NCBI GenBank assembly: GCA_021791415.1
Contig: JAJYWQ010000058.1
Coordinates: 1,507 to 65,506, forward strand
DNA length: 64,000 nucleotides
Source: a bacterium
GTDB taxonomy: Bacteria; Chloroflexota; Dormibacteria; Aeolococcales; Bog-877
Reading direction: 5' to 3'
Shown one piece after another: positions 27,626 to 38,591 of the stretch; positions within the stretch are counted from its first letter, which is position 1; each line of letters opens with the position of its first letter. The notes under the pieces were generated by a model, which saw only the letters and a program-made list of their open reading frames with translations, was not told where the DNA came from and did no database searches. A program made the translations under genes and the position numbers.

Positions 27626-29233
27626 TCAGGGTCCGGGCGCGACCGGCGGAAGAGGCAGGGCCAGCGGGGCGGAGCGGGGTGGGTTGCGCTTCAGGACCAA
27701 AACCGGGCTCTCCAGGAGGGGGTGGAAGTTGCGTTCCACGTAGCTCTCTAGCTGCCGGTTCCAGGGGATGCGGTCGCCGCTCAGCGGGGTCAGGAGCAGG
27801 TAGGTGGCGCGGGAGAAGTAGCCAAGCCAGGCGGGGGCGGCGGCCTGGGCCTGGGGGTTGGAGGGCACCTGGCTTCCGGAGATGGATATGGTCGTCCCCA
27901 GAGCGTCCACCACGACCGGGCACCCGGCCCGCCGAGAAAGGAACCTGTCGGCGTTGAGGGTGTACTCCGACTCGTCTGTTACGACGCACGCTCCGCTGGG
28001 AATGGTGCTGGCGAGGAGAGCCGAGGGGTCCTGGGCGCGCTGCAGAAGCGCCGGGATGGCCGCGGCATGGAGGAGGCCGGCGACGAATACCAGCGCCACC
28101 AGGGTGGCGATGAGCTGGGGCCTGGCCGACTCCAGCCGGGCGACCGCCAAGCCCAGCAGCAGAGCCAGGAAGGGAGCCAGGAAGGCAGCGTAGTGGTAGA
28201 AGAACTCGGCGGGCCAGCAGAGGGCGACACCCACCAGGAGGACGCTGAGGAGCGCGAAGGCCTCCAGCTGGGAGGGCAGCCGACGATGTCCTTCCCCAGG
28301 GAGGGCGGCGAAGGCGGCGGCGAACACCGCCAGCAGGATGCCCGCCGCGCCGGCCGCCAGCACCTCGTAGCGGTGCCCTGGGGGCACACCCAGGCCGGGC
28401 CACACCGTGGTCATGAACTCGAGGCGCACGAGGATGGGCTGGCCGGCCTGGCCGGTCCGGCCCAGCTGATCCAGGAAGACCTGGTGGATGAACGGGGCGG
28501 GCGATAGGAGCAGGAAGGGTAGGCAGGGAAGAAGGAAGCCGATCCCGGCAGCCACCACAAGGACGATGGTCTGGGCCACCCTCCCCCTGACCAGCATGAC
28601 GATGGCCAAGGCCGCCAGGGGTATGACCGCCCACGTCTTCATGGTCCCCCCTACGCCGAAGGCCAGCCCCGCCCAGACGGTGAGGTCGGTGCGCGCGGTG
28701 AGGCGGTCCCCGGAGAAGAGCGCCAGCAGGCCCAGAAGGCAGAACAGGTTGAGGAAGGGCTCCAGAAGCAGTGCGCTGGAGGCCAGGATGGCATCGGGGA
28801 AGAGCGCCAGCACCAGGCAGGCGGTGGCCACCGTCAGGGGAGATCGGTGGCGCAGCAGCCGCCCCAGCAGGAGCACGTTGGCGAAGGAGACCAGCGGCAC
28901 AAGGCCCCGGGCGACCTCCAGGGCCGCGTGGGTTCCGAAGGGGAAGGAGAGAAGCGCCACCGGGGTCAGCGCCAGGGGCACCCCGGGAGGCTGGATGAGA
29001 ACGAAGTCCCGGTAGGGGACCAGCCCATGCACCAGCTGCACCGCGGTCCCGAAGTAGACGGCGTCGTCGTACTCCCAGGACCCGGTGAGGTGGCCCGTGG
29101 CCACCAGGGTTGCCCAGCGCAGGGCGAGGCCCAGGATGGCTGCCCCCCAGGCCAGGTTGCGCTGCGGGTGGCGGCCCAGCCAGGTCGCCTCCCAACGCTG
29201 GGCGAGAGCGGCAGCCCGAGGGGCGGTGGCCAT
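27626..29233 (-). CDS. GT-C (ArnT/PMT-like) membrane glycosyltransferase
   Basis: EYDDAVY, LVPYRDFVLIQPPG, LLEPF, MKTW, FFYHY; many TM segments. Confidence 0.75.
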   Translation of the reverse strand: MATAPRAAALAQRWEATWLGRHPQRNLAWGAAILGLALRWATLVATGHLTGSWEYDDAVYFGTAVQLVHGLVPYRDFVLIQPPGVPLALTPVALLSFPFGTHAALEVARGLVPLVSFANVLLLGRLLRHRSPLTVATACLVLALFPDAILASSALLLEPFLNLFCLLGLLALFSGDRLTARTDLTVWAGLAFGVGGTMKTWAVIPLAALAIVMLVRGRVAQTIVLVVAAGIGFLLPCLPFLLLSPAPFIHQVFLDQLGRTGQAGQPILVRLEFMTTVWPGLGVPPGHRYEVLAAGAAGILLAVFAAAFAALPGEGHRRLPSQLEAFALLSVLLVGVALCWPAEFFYHYAAFLAPFLALLLGLAVARLESARPQLIATLVALVFVAGLLHAAAIPALLQRAQDPSALLASTIPSGACVVTDESEYTLNADRFLSRRAGCPVVVDALGTTISISGSQVPSNPQAQAAAPAWLGYFSRATYLLLTPLSGDRIPWNRQLESYVERNFHPLLESPVLVLKRNPPRSAPLALPLPPVAPGP

Positions 29234-29338
29234 CAGCCGCCCAGGATATCGACCGGGCCGGTGGGGCCCGCCCCCGGACCCGTGGCGCCTGGGCCCCCCC
29301 GCTTGTGCGAGCGGGTCGTGGCGGCTACAACTGGCCAG

Positions 29339-30358
29339 ATGAGCGTGGCCCACGGCAGCTGGTCCCAGCACCCGCTCCGGCGCTTCGTTCGCCCCGCCCT
29401 GCTGCTGGCCGCGGTGCTGGTGGGCGGCACTCTCGGGTACATGCTGATCGAGGGATGGGACCTCGTCGACAGCGCCTTCATGACCGTGATCACGGTTTCG
29501 ACCGTGGGCTACCAGGAGGTCCATCCCCTCTCCCCGGCGGGCCGGCTGTTCAGCATCTGCCTGATCGTGGTCGGGGTGGGGACTATGCTCTACTCGCTCG
29601 GGCTCTTCGCTGAACTGGTGAGTGGCGGCCAGCTGAGCCTGTGGAGGGTGGCACGCCAGTTGGAGCGGGACGTCTCGGCACTTCGAGGCCACTTCATTCT
29701 CTGCGGCTATGGGCGCATCGGCACCCAGGTGGTGGCGGAGCTGGAGAGGGCCGGAGTGCCCTACCTGGCCATCGACAACAATCCCGAGGCGGTGGGCCGC
29801 CTGTCGCGCGAGGGCCGGCTCTTCCTGGAGGGTGACGCCGCCTCGGAGGAGGTCTTGCGGCGGGCCGGTGTGGAGCGCGCCCGCGGGCTGGTCTGTGCCG
29901 TGGACGCCGACGAGCGGGCGGTGTACATCACCCTGGCCGCCCGCTCGCTCAATCCCGAGCTGTTCATCATCTCCCGAGCGGGCCAGCCGGAGTCCCTGCG
30001 CCGGCTCCAGCTGGCGGGTGCGGACCGGGTTCTCTCGCCGTATCAGATGGCCGGGCACCGGATGGCCGAGATGGCCCTTCGACCGGGGGTGGTGGAGGTG
30101 ATCGACACCCTGCGATCCGGCTCCGCTGCGCTCGGCGTGGAGGAGATCGTAGTTCCCGAGGACTGGGGTAAAGCGGGAGCCACGGTGAGGGAGGCGGGCC
30201 TCGCTGATCGGGGCACCGCCCGGATCCTGGCCCTCCGCCGTCCGAGCGGCGAGCTCTTCGTGGGGCCCGGTGACGACCAGGTGGTTCTCGGGGGTGATCT
30301 GCTGGTGGTGCTGGGCTCGGCCGTCGAGGTGGACAGGACTGCGCTGGCGCTGAGCTGA
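29339..30358 (+). CDS. Potassium channel protein (2TM pore + TrkA-N/TrkA-C RCK domains)
   Basis: TVITVSTVGYQE filter, GHFILCGYGRIG, GDAASEEVL, AGADRVLSPY. Confidence 0.9.
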   Translation: MSVAHGSWSQHPLRRFVRPALLLAAVLVGGTLGYMLIEGWDLVDSAFMTVITVSTVGYQEVHPLSPAGRLFSICLIVVGVGTMLYSLGLFAELVSGGQLSLWRVARQLERDVSALRGHFILCGYGRIGTQVVAELERAGVPYLAIDNNPEAVGRLSREGRLFLEGDAASEEVLRRAGVERARGLVCAVDADERAVYITLAARSLNPELFIISRAGQPESLRRLQLAGADRVLSPYQMAGHRMAEMALRPGVVEVIDTLRSGSAALGVEEIVVPEDWGKAGATVREAGLADRGTARILALRRPSGELFVGPGDDQVVLGGDLLVVLGSAVEVDRTALALS

Positions 30359-30402
30359 TCCCCCGCCCCGGCCCGTCCGGCCGTCCCGGTTATGGTGGAG
30401 TG

Positions 30403-32247
30403 GTGGAGAGGCGCTCTGACCTGCGCAACGTGGCCCTGGTGGCCCATGTAGACCATGGGAAAACCACCCTGGTGGACGCCATGCTGCGCCAGACCGGGGC
30501 CTTCCGGGCTAACCTGGTGGTGGCCGACCGGGTGATGGACTCCGGGGACCTGGAGCGGGAGAAGGGCATCACCATCCTGGCCAAGCACACAGTGGTGCGC
30601 TACCGGGGCACCCGGATCACCATAGTGGACACCCCCGGGCACGCCGACTTCGGCGGTGAGGTGGAGCGGGCCCTGGCCATGGTGGACGGGGTGCTGCTCC
30701 TGGTGGACGCCTCGGAGGGGCCCCTTCCCCAGACCCGCTTCGTGCTGCGCAAGGCCCTGGAGGCCAGGCTGGCGGTTCTGGTGGTGGTGAACAAGGTGGA
30801 TCGACCGGACTCCAGGGTGGCTGAGGTGGTGCGGGAGGTCGAGGACCTCTTCCTGGACCTGGACGCCGATGAGGGGCAGCTGGACTTCCCCATCCTCTAC
30901 GCCAGCGCCAAGGAGGGCTGGGCGTCTTCCACTCCGGCCACCACCGGCACCTCTCTCGAGCCCTTATTCGAGGCCATCCTGAGCCGGGTGCCGGCGCCTG
31001 AGCACGAGCCCGGGGGGGCGCTTCAGGCGCTGGTGACCAACCTCGACGCATCCCCCTACCTGGGCCGGCTGGCGGTGTGCCGCGTCCACCGGGGCGAGAT
31101 CGTCCGGGGGGCGACTGTCGCGCTGTGCCGTGCCGGCGGGGAGGTGGAGCCAGGCCGCGTCGTGGAGCTCTACGGGACCGAGGGGCTGGAGCGGGTCGCG
31201 GTGGAGTCGGCGGGGCCTGGGGAGATCGTTCTCGTCGCCGGCTTCCCTGACGTCTCCATCGGCGACACCCTCGCCGACGCCCAGTCTCCCGAGGCGCTGG
31301 AGCCGATCTTGGTGGACGAGCCGAGCCTGGCCATGACGGTGGGGATCAACACCTCACCCCTGGCCGGGCGAGAGGGCACCAAGCTCACCGCCCGCCTTCT
31401 GAAGAGCCGCCTGGACGCCGAGCTGGTGGGGAACGTGTCGCTGCGCATTGCACCCACAGAGCGGCCCGACACCTGGGAGGTCCAGGGGCGGGGGGAGCTG
31501 CAGCTCGCGGTGCTGGTGGAGACCATGCGGCGTGAGGGGTTCGAGCTCACCGTGGGCAAGCCCCAGGTGGTGACCCGGGTGGTGGAGGGGGTGGTCCACG
31601 AGCCCATGGAGCGCCTCACCGTGGACGCCCCCGAGGAGTATCTCGGGGTCATCACCCAGCTCCTGGCCCTGCGCCAGGGACGTCTGCAAGAGATCGTCAA
31701 TCACGGGACCGGGTGGGTGCGGCTCGAGTACCGCGCTCCGGCCCGCGGGCTGGTGGGCTTCCGCACCGAGTTCTTGGTGGAGACCAGAGGGACCGGGGTG
31801 CTCCACAGTGTCTTCGACGGGCTCGAACCGTGGCATGGGGAGCTCAAGACGCGGCGCAACGGCTCGTTGGTGGCGGACCGCCGGGGCTTCTCCACGACGG
31901 AGGCGCTGATGTCACTGCAGGAGCGAGGAACCCTGCACATCGGTCCGGGGGTGGAGGTCTATGAGGGGATGGTGGTGGGGGAGAACGCTCGACCAGAAGA
32001 CATGGACGTCAACCCCACCAGGGAGCGGAAGCTGACCAACATGCGTTCCTCCACCGCCGAGGAGCTGGAGCGCCTGAGCCCGGCCCTCAACCTCTCTTTG
32101 GAGCAGGCGCTGGAGTTCATCGCCGAAGACGAATGCGCCGAAGTGACCCCCCGGTCCGTGAGATTGCGCAAGGTGGTCCTGGAGCAGAGCATGAGGGCTC
32201 GCGAGCGCCGCCGAGCCCGCCCTACGATCAGGGCCGGGGCGGTCTAG
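30403..32247 (+). CDS. typA: Translational GTPase TypA/BipA
   Basis: [68 protein letters not shown]30403 lies 6 nt after TATGGT. Confidence 0.96.
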   Translation: MERRSDLRNVALVAHVDHGKTTLVDAMLRQTGAFRANLVVADRVMDSGDLEREKGITILAKHTVVRYRGTRITIVDTPGHADFGGEVERALAMVDGVLLLVDASEGPLPQTRFVLRKALEARLAVLVVVNKVDRPDSRVAEVVREVEDLFLDLDADEGQLDFPILYASAKEGWASSTPATTGTSLEPLFEAILSRVPAPEHEPGGALQALVTNLDASPYLGRLAVCRVHRGEIVRGATVALCRAGGEVEPGRVVELYGTEGLERVAVESAGPGEIVLVAGFPDVSIGDTLADAQSPEALEPILVDEPSLAMTVGINTSPLAGREGTKLTARLLKSRLDAELVGNVSLRIAPTERPDTWEVQGRGELQLAVLVETMRREGFELTVGKPQVVTRVVEGVVHEPMERLTVDAPEEYLGVITQLLALRQGRLQEIVNHGTGWVRLEYRAPARGLVGFRTEFLVETRGTGVLHSVFDGLEPWHGELKTRRNGSLVADRRGFSTTEALMSLQERGTLHIGPGVEVYEGMVVGENARPEDMDVNPTRERKLTNMRSSTAEELERLSPALNLSLEQALEFIAEDECAEVTPRSVRLRKVVLEQSMRARERRRARPTIRAGAV

Positions 32248-33131
32248 CGGGGCTGGGGAGGTCCCGGGGGAACTCCGCGATCCAGGGCCTGCTCCAGCTG
32301 CCGGGTACGGTGGTAGGCGGCCCAGACGGCATCTGCCAGCACGGTTCGGAAGCGCCCCCTCTCCAGGGCTGCGAGCGCCTCGGCGGAGGTGCCGCCAGGA
32401 GAGGTCACCATGTCCCGCAGCTCACTGGGGTGGCGCTGACTCTGGGCGGCGAACTCTGCCGAACCCTCCACCGTGCTAAGGACCAACCTCCTGGCCAGGT
32501 GGCGGGGGAATCCCAGATGGACTGCGGCGTCCACCAGCGACTCGATGAACAGCAGGGTGTAGGTGGGCCCGGTTCCGGAGACGGCGGTGGCCATCGCCAC
32601 CTGTTCCTCGTCCTCCACTTCCAGCTCCTCGCCGAGGGCGCTGAGCAACTGGCGGGTGCGCAGCCGTCCCACCTCGTCCACGTCGGGGGTGGGATACCAC
32701 ACTGTCATGCCTTTGCCGATCTGCGCCGGGGTGTTGGGCATGGCCCGTACCACGGCTGGGTGCCCCAGCCCCTCGCCCAGCGTCCGGGTGGAGGCGCCGG
32801 CGACGATGCTCAGGACAAGGGTGCCGGGCGTGATCGCACCGTTGAGTTCGGGCATGACTCGGCGGAGCACCTGAGGCTTGACCGAGATCACCAACAGGTC
32901 AGCGGCGGCCGCGGCCTGGCGGTTGTCCGAGCTTACCCTAACGCCGAGGCGGTGCTCCAGGTCTTCCCGACGGGCTCGGCGCGGGTGGGTGCAGGTGACC
33001 TCCTCGGGGCGCACCAGCCCCCTCGCCATAAGGCCTCCCACTATGGCCTCGGCCATGGCCCCAGCCCCCACCACCACGAGCCGGGCTCCGGACAGGTGAC
33101 TTTGGGGCGCGAGGTCCGCGGAGGGGGACAA
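32244..33131 (-). CDS. proC: Pyrroline-5-carboxylate reductase
   Basis: GAGAMAEA, SVKPQ, RAMPNTPAQIGKG, TAVSGTGP, VTSPGGTS. Confidence 0.95.
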   Translation of the reverse strand: MSPSADLAPQSHLSGARLVVVGAGAMAEAIVGGLMARGLVRPEEVTCTHPRRARREDLEHRLGVRVSSDNRQAAAAADLLVISVKPQVLRRVMPELNGAITPGTLVLSIVAGASTRTLGEGLGHPAVVRAMPNTPAQIGKGMTVWYPTPDVDEVGRLRTRQLLSALGEELEVEDEEQVAMATAVSGTGPTYTLLFIESLVDAAVHLGFPRHLARRLVLSTVEGSAEFAAQSQRHPSELRDMVTSPGGTSAEALAALERGRFRTVLADAVWAAYHRTRQLEQALDRGVPPGPPQPR

Positions 33132-33256
33132 GCTGTTACATCCTCTGAGGCTGGGCGGCTGTGCTCAGCATATCCGCGGCGGTACGATCTCGGCCACCGA
33201 ATCAATTTGGGAGCAAGGTGGATGGCGGACTTGCACTACCGCGGGAGGCCTTTGGT

Positions 33257-34228
33257 TTGAAGGCAGCGTTGTACCGGACCACCGGCGATGCGGCTGAGGT
33301 CATCCGGCTGGAGGACGTTGAGCGGCCCGAGCCGGGAGCGGGGGAGGTGCGGGTGCGCCTCCACGTCTCCGGGGTGAATCCCACCGATTGGAAGGCGCGC
33401 ACCGGGGCCACACCCCGCCCAATCCAGGGGTTTCAGATCCCTCACCACGATGGCGCCGGCGAGATTGATGCCGTGGGTGAGGGGGTTCCGGAGGAGCGTC
33501 TGGGGGAGCGGGTCTGGGTCTGGCTGGCGGCGGCGGGCCGGCCCTGGGGTACCGCGGCGCAGTGGACCGTCGTCCCGGCCGCCCAAGCCACCCCGCTCCC
33601 CGCCGGGGCGTCGTATGAGCTGGGGGCCTGCCTCGGCGTGCCCGCCCTCACCGCTCATCGGTGCCTCTTCGCCGACGGTCCGCTGTCGGGCAGGGATGTG
33701 TTGGTCACCGGGGGCGCCGGGGCGGTGGGGCACTTCGCCATCGAACTCGCGCGCTGGGGTGGCGCCCGAGTGGCCGCCACGGTCAGCGGGGAGGCCAAGG
33801 CCGAGCTGGCACGGCGGGCGGGGGCGGACCTGGTGGTGAACTACCGGGAGCCCGGGGCGCAGGCCGAACTGCGGCGATTCTCCTCCCGGTTCGCCAGGAT
33901 CGTGGAGGTCAACCTGGCGGCCAACCTCCAGATGGACCTGGGCCTCGCCGGCCCCGACACGGTGGTGGTGGCGTACGCGGCGGACCTCGAAGACCCGGTC
34001 CTGCCGGTCCGCGCCTGCATGAGTGTCAACCTCGTGATGCGCTTCGTGCTGCTGTACGGGGTTGCCAGACCGGCCTTGGAGGAGGCGGCGGCCGTCGTCC
34101 ACAGGGCGCTGGCCGACAATGCCGTGACCGAGTTGCCCATAGTCCGCTTCCCCCTGGACCGCTGTGCCGAGGCCCAGGAGGCGGTCCGGTCGGGGGTGAC
34201 CGGCAAAGTGGTTCTGGAGATCCCATGA
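33257..34228 (+). CDS. NADPH:quinone reductase (zeta-crystallin-like MDR)
   Basis: SGVNPTDWK, PHHDGAG, GVPALTAH, TGGAGAVG, GKVVLEI. Confidence 0.88.
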   Translation: MKAALYRTTGDAAEVIRLEDVERPEPGAGEVRVRLHVSGVNPTDWKARTGATPRPIQGFQIPHHDGAGEIDAVGEGVPEERLGERVWVWLAAAGRPWGTAAQWTVVPAAQATPLPAGASYELGACLGVPALTAHRCLFADGPLSGRDVLVTGGAGAVGHFAIELARWGGARVAATVSGEAKAELARRAGADLVVNYREPGAQAELRRFSSRFARIVEVNLAANLQMDLGLAGPDTVVVAYAADLEDPVLPVRACMSVNLVMRFVLLYGVARPALEEAAAVVHRALADNAVTELPIVRFPLDRCAEAQEAVRSGVTGKVVLEIP

Positions 34229-34255
34229 GGGGGGCTGGGTACGGCTCCTCAGGCC

Positions 34256-35116
34256 ATGAGCCTTCGACCGCCGAGGCGGAACGGCGTGGCTAGCGTGGAG
34301 GCTCAGGCCACCGCCGCTCGGCGCGCCATCCGAAACCGCGCCGTCCTGGGCGTGGAGCCCAGCTGGGGCTGGAACTTCAACGACCTCAGCCACGAATGGA
34401 GGCGGCTGTTCGCCGAGCTGTTCGGCACCTTCCTCCTGGTCCTGGTCGCTGCCGGGGCGCCCACCGTGGCGGCGCGCTACCCCGGAGTCCTCTCCCAGGC
34501 GGCCATCGTCACCGCCCCGGGACTCATGGTCATGGGCATCATTCTGTTCATGGGGCTGGTGTCCGGAGCCCACCTCAACCCGGTGGTGAGCCTGGCCTTC
34601 GCCCTCCGCCGGGAGTTCCCTTGGCGGCGGATCCCGGCCTACATGGCGGCCCAGGTGGTGGGGTCGGTCCTGGCCTGCCTGGTTCTCTGGGCCCTTGTCG
34701 GCAGGTACGCCCACCTCGGCGCGACCCTCCCCGGCTCCGGTGTGGGGGACCTGCAGGCGATGGCCATGGAGGCCTTCCTCACTATGGGTCTGGTGAGCAC
34801 CATCCTGGGGACGGCCTCCGGTGCGCAGAATGTCGGCACCCTCTCGGCCATCGCCGTGGGCGGCTACATCGCCCTCGCGGGGCTCTGGTCGAGCCCGATA
34901 AGCGGTGCCTCCATGAACCCGGTGCGATCCTTCGGGCCCGCCCTGGTGAGCGGCGACTTCGCCCACTTCTGGGTCTACCTGGTCGGCCCAGCGGCCGGGG
35001 CGCTCCTGGCAGTTGGGGCCGCCCAAATCCTTCGCGGCCCGGGCGGGGACGTCACCGCCATGAGAGCGGCCCAGGGAGCTCTCGATCCCGTGGGGCCGCC
35101 GGAGAAGTCCGGGTGA
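34256..35116 (+). CDS. MIP-family aquaporin with NPV/NPV motifs
   Basis: AELFGTFLLV, SGAHLNPVVS, SGASMNPVRSFGPA, WVYLVGP. Confidence 0.92.
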   Translation: MSLRPPRRNGVASVEAQATAARRAIRNRAVLGVEPSWGWNFNDLSHEWRRLFAELFGTFLLVLVAAGAPTVAARYPGVLSQAAIVTAPGLMVMGIILFMGLVSGAHLNPVVSLAFALRREFPWRRIPAYMAAQVVGSVLACLVLWALVGRYAHLGATLPGSGVGDLQAMAMEAFLTMGLVSTILGTASGAQNVGTLSAIAVGGYIALAGLWSSPISGASMNPVRSFGPALVSGDFAHFWVYLVGPAAGALLAVGAAQILRGPGGDVTAMRAAQGALDPVGPPEKSG

Positions 35117-35159
35117 GAGCTACCGGCCCGGCGAGGGGAGCCGCAGGGAGGTGCGAGCG

Positions 35160-35621
35160 GTGAGCAAGTCCAAGGAGAACTGGAAGGCGGAGCCCGACGA
35201 ACACGACTATCCCGCCGCCGGCAATTACCTGTCTCTGCTCCTTCCCCCGGAGACGGTGACTGAGGCCGTGCGCCTGCTGCGCTCGGCGGAGCTGGTGCGG
35301 TACAAGGCCAAGGACCTTCTCCGCGCCAGCCGGCTGCCGCTACTTTCCGCCAAGGACCCGGACGTCTCCCGCGACCTTCGCGAGGTTCATGCCGGTCGCA
35401 AGCTCTCCCCCGTCCTCGTCCTGAGAGGCGACCTGGGCCGCGAGGTCCCCCTCACGGTGGCTGACGGCTACCACAGGATCTGTGCCAGCTACCATCTGAA
35501 CGAGGATGCGGAGATACCGTGCCGCCTGGCCGGGCTTCCCCTCCCGCCGGAGATGCGCGAGGGAATGCGGCCCCGGGCGGGCCGCGGCGGGCCGGGCCCT
35601 TCGAAGCGTTCCCCGGAATAG
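35160..35621 (+). CDS. Hypothetical protein with a ParB/Srx-like DGxHR motif
   Basis: KLSPVLVLRG...LTVADGYHRICA; plausible RBS and codon usage; directly after the aquaporin. Confidence 0.65.
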   Translation: MSKSKENWKAEPDEHDYPAAGNYLSLLLPPETVTEAVRLLRSAELVRYKAKDLLRASRLPLLSAKDPDVSRDLREVHAGRKLSPVLVLRGDLGREVPLTVADGYHRICASYHLNEDAEIPCRLAGLPLPPEMREGMRPRAGRGGPGPSKRSPE

Positions 35622-36067
35622 GGGCCGGCACTTTCCAGCCGCGGAGGTGGGGAACTCGCCGTGGGATTCTTTCCGGGACGGCGGCCCGTGCCGAGCGCGC
35701 AGGTGCGGCCCGGGTCGGTTGCGGATGGCGATACCGGTCGGTGTCGGACCGCTGAGCGAGGACAGTGGGCGCCGGTCCGCACCCAGACGGCCGGCGCGGG
35801 GCGGACCGTCGCCTGCGCGACCTCGGTCTGGCTGAGGGCCGGCGGGATGTTGGGCTGGCCTTTGGCGAGGTCCTTCGGATGGGGGAGGGCGGGAGTCGCC
35901 AGGGCTCGCTCTCGGGTGGGCCGCACGCCGGCGTGGCCCGGCTCCATTGGACGGCTTGCACCTCCGGGGCGGCTGCGCTATTCACCTAGGGAGAGCGGGC
36001 GGAGTGGCGAAGAACTGGAGGGCTGGAGGTGCTGAGCGACAACAGGCTCCCCCCCGGGGACGCGGCG

Positions 36068-37264
36068 ATGCCGAACCCGCTGGAGGAGCTCTCACTGGAG
36101 CAGCTCAGGCAGCGGACGAGCATGAAATGGCGACGGTACGCTCCCGATGTCCTGCCGCTCTGGGTGGCCGAGATGGACGTCCGACTGGCGCCGGCGGTGG
36201 CGGCGGCGCTGCATCGGGCCGTGGAGATCGGGGACACCGGCTATCCGGCGGGCAGCGAGTACCCGGAGGCGCTGCAAGCCTTCGCCGGGAGGCGCTGGAA
36301 CTGGGATGGGGTCCCCGTCGAGCGGACGGCAAGCGTTCCCGACGTGATGATGGGGATCGTCCAGGTCATTCGCCTGGTCACTGACCCCGGTGACCCCGTG
36401 GTGATCAACCCTCCCGTCTATCCCCCCTTCTACGCCTTTCTGAGCCACGACTCGCGCCGGGTCATGGAGGCCCCTCTCGGCTCCGACCTGCGCCTCGACC
36501 TGGGCGCGTTGGAATCGGCCTTCCGGAGGGCCAGGGCGGGGGCCAAGAAGGTCGCCTACTTGATCAGCAACCCGCACAACCCGACCGGGGTGGTCCACAC
36601 GAGAGAGGAGCTGGCAGCGGTCGCGGCCCTCGCTCGCAGGTACGGAGTCCGGGTCGTCTCCGATGAGATCCATGCTCCCCTGGTCCTGGCCGGGGCCCGG
36701 TTCACACCCTATCTCAGCGTGGAGGGGGGGGAGGACGCCTTCGCCCTCACCTCTGCTTCGAAGGGATGGAACCTGGCCGGGCTTAAGGCCGCCCTCGCCT
36801 TCGCCGGTCCGGAGGCCGCGGGAGACCTGGCCCGCTTGCCCGAGGAGGTGAGCCATGGCCCAAGCCACCTGGGCGTCATCGCCCACACCGCGGCGCTCCG
36901 CGAGGGAGAGCAGTGGTTGGACGCACTGCTCGCTGGCCTGGATGCCAACCGCGCCCTGCTGGTGGAACTGGTGGCGGAGTACCTGCCGGAGGTCCGCCTG
37001 CACTCTCCAGAGGGGACCTACCTCGCCTGGCTGGACTGCCGGGCGCTCGGCTTGGAGGGCCAGCGCGCCTTGGGCCAGTCGTTCGTCGTCTCCGATCTCG
37101 CCGGTCCAGCCAAGATGTTCCTGGAGAGGGCACGGGTCGCTCTCAGCTCGGGTCACGTCTTCGGCAGCGGCGGTGAGGGATGGGCTCGGCTCAACTTCGC
37201 CACCTCCCGGGCGATTCTCACTGAGGCGGTGACGCGCATGGGTGAGGCTGTGCGGTCGGCGTGA
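36068..37264 (+). CDS. MalY/PatB cystathionine beta-lyase family PLP enzyme
   Basis: [67 protein letters not shown]. Confidence 0.92.
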   Translation: MPNPLEELSLEQLRQRTSMKWRRYAPDVLPLWVAEMDVRLAPAVAAALHRAVEIGDTGYPAGSEYPEALQAFAGRRWNWDGVPVERTASVPDVMMGIVQVIRLVTDPGDPVVINPPVYPPFYAFLSHDSRRVMEAPLGSDLRLDLGALESAFRRARAGAKKVAYLISNPHNPTGVVHTREELAAVAALARRYGVRVVSDEIHAPLVLAGARFTPYLSVEGGEDAFALTSASKGWNLAGLKAALAFAGPEAAGDLARLPEEVSHGPSHLGVIAHTAALREGEQWLDALLAGLDANRALLVELVAEYLPEVRLHSPEGTYLAWLDCRALGLEGQRALGQSFVVSDLAGPAKMFLERARVALSSGHVFGSGGEGWARLNFATSRAILTEAVTRMGEAVRSA

Positions 37265-37289
37265 TGCGTGAGGTTTGCCCTCGGCGCGG

Positions 37290-38591
37290 TCAGGGGCCAG
37301 TCTCTGTGCCCGGCCGGCCCGGGGTTGGCTCGGGAACTTCCATTACCACAGCCGAGCCCGGATGCCCCAGCGGCACGGACTTGAACCGTCTGTAGAGCGC
37401 GAGATCGTAGGCGGCCTTCACCGCGCCGGCGACCAGCAGGTTCAGACCGGGCAGCACTCCCATGACCAGGGAGCCACCGAAGACGGGCCCGACCGCAGCA
37501 CCCACAGTGCGCGCGGCCCCTGTGGCGCTGGCGGTCGCGGTCCGCTCGGCAGGCGTGACCATGGCCATGGTGTACGCCTGGCGGGTCGGGACATCCATCT
37601 GCGAAATCGACTGCCGGGACACCAAGAGCGCCGCCGCCAGCGGCCACCACGGCATCAGGGGCACGAGGGCCAAGAGGACGTCGGAGGGGAGATGGGTGAA
37701 CACCATCGTGCGCAGCAGGCCGAAGCGCTCAGCCAGCGTCGCCGCCACCAGCTGTGACCCGGCCGCGGCCAGGTTGGCGAGGAAGAGCAGCGGGCCGAGC
37801 ACGTCCAGTTGCAGCCCGAAGCGCACGTGGAAGTAGTAGGCGACGAGGGACTGCGCCCCGACTCCGCCCGCCATGGCGTCGAGCGAGTACAGGGCCGCCA
37901 GCTCCCTGACTCGACGTCGAGAGGGCCCAAGCGGTGATCGGATGCGCATCTTCGCCGGACCGGCGGCATCCGACTCGACCGCGGTGCCGAGAAACGCGTA
38001 AAGGCCGCAGGCGGCAAGAGAGGTGGCCGCGTACAAAGTTATGAGCGGCAGGTACGGCCCGGTCCCGCGGCCTTGGCTGGCCGCGGCCACTGCCCCTGCC
38101 AGCAGGGAACCTACGGCCAGGCTGAGCGATCCGGCGAGCCCGTACCAGGCGAATCGCCTCGCGCCGGGGCCCAAGAGGTCGGCGATGGCAGCCTGCTCCA
38201 GGGCCTGCGGTGGGCCCACGTCCTGGCCCGATGCGGAGACCCCACCGATGAAGGCGGCCAACGCCAGGAGCGCGACACCGCTCTGGGTCAGGATCAGCAC
38301 GGCTCCGATGGCCGGGGCAAGGGCGGCGATCTTGAGCGCCGTCCGGCGGCCGAGGACCCCGGCAGCCCGGCCGAAGGCCAGGGTGGCCACCGCTCCTCCC
38401 GCCATTCCGCAGGTGAGCACCGAGCCGACCTCAAGGGCGCTCAGGCCGACCCGGGCGAGGTAGAGGGGGAGGGTGACGACCATAACGCCCACTCCCAGCA
38501 TGCGAAGGGACCGGCTGCCGAGAATGAGCCGCGCGTCCCTTCCCACGCCGGGAGCTGCCCCAGACGGAGCGCCTGCCCCTGGGCGCCTCAC
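37290..38591 (-). CDS. MFS transporter
   Basis: About 12 TM; GRRTAL, LAERFGLLRTMVFTHLPS, SQMDVPTRQAY, KAAYDLALY. Confidence 0.88.
   Translation of the reverse strand: MRRPGAGAPSGAAPGVGRDARLILGSRSLRMLGVGVMVVTLPLYLARVGLSALEVGSVLTCGMAGGAVATLAFGRAAGVLGRRTALKIAALAPAIGAVLILTQSGVALLALAAFIGGVSASGQDVGPPQALEQAAIADLLGPGARRFAWYGLAGSLSLAVGSLLAGAVAAASQGRGTGPYLPLITLYAATSLAACGLYAFLGTAVESDAAGPAKMRIRSPLGPSRRRVRELAALYSLDAMAGGVGAQSLVAYYFHVRFGLQLDVLGPLLFLANLAAAGSQLVAATLAERFGLLRTMVFTHLPSDVLLALVPLMPWWPLAAALLVSRQSISQMDVPTRQAYTMAMVTPAERTATASATGAARTVGAAVGPVFGGSLVMGVLPGLNLLVAGAVKAAYDLALYRRFKSVPLGHPGSAVVMEVPEPTPGRPGTETGP

Noticed and set aside
35990-36016. GAGCGGG...GAACT as an att duplicate of tRNA-Gly
   Set aside because: Only 7+5 matching bases in GC-rich DNA; not significant.
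35622-36067. Possible riboswitch (SAM or T-box) upstream of the malY-like gene
   Set aside because: No SAM-I/SAM-IV or T-box consensus elements could be recognised by eye.
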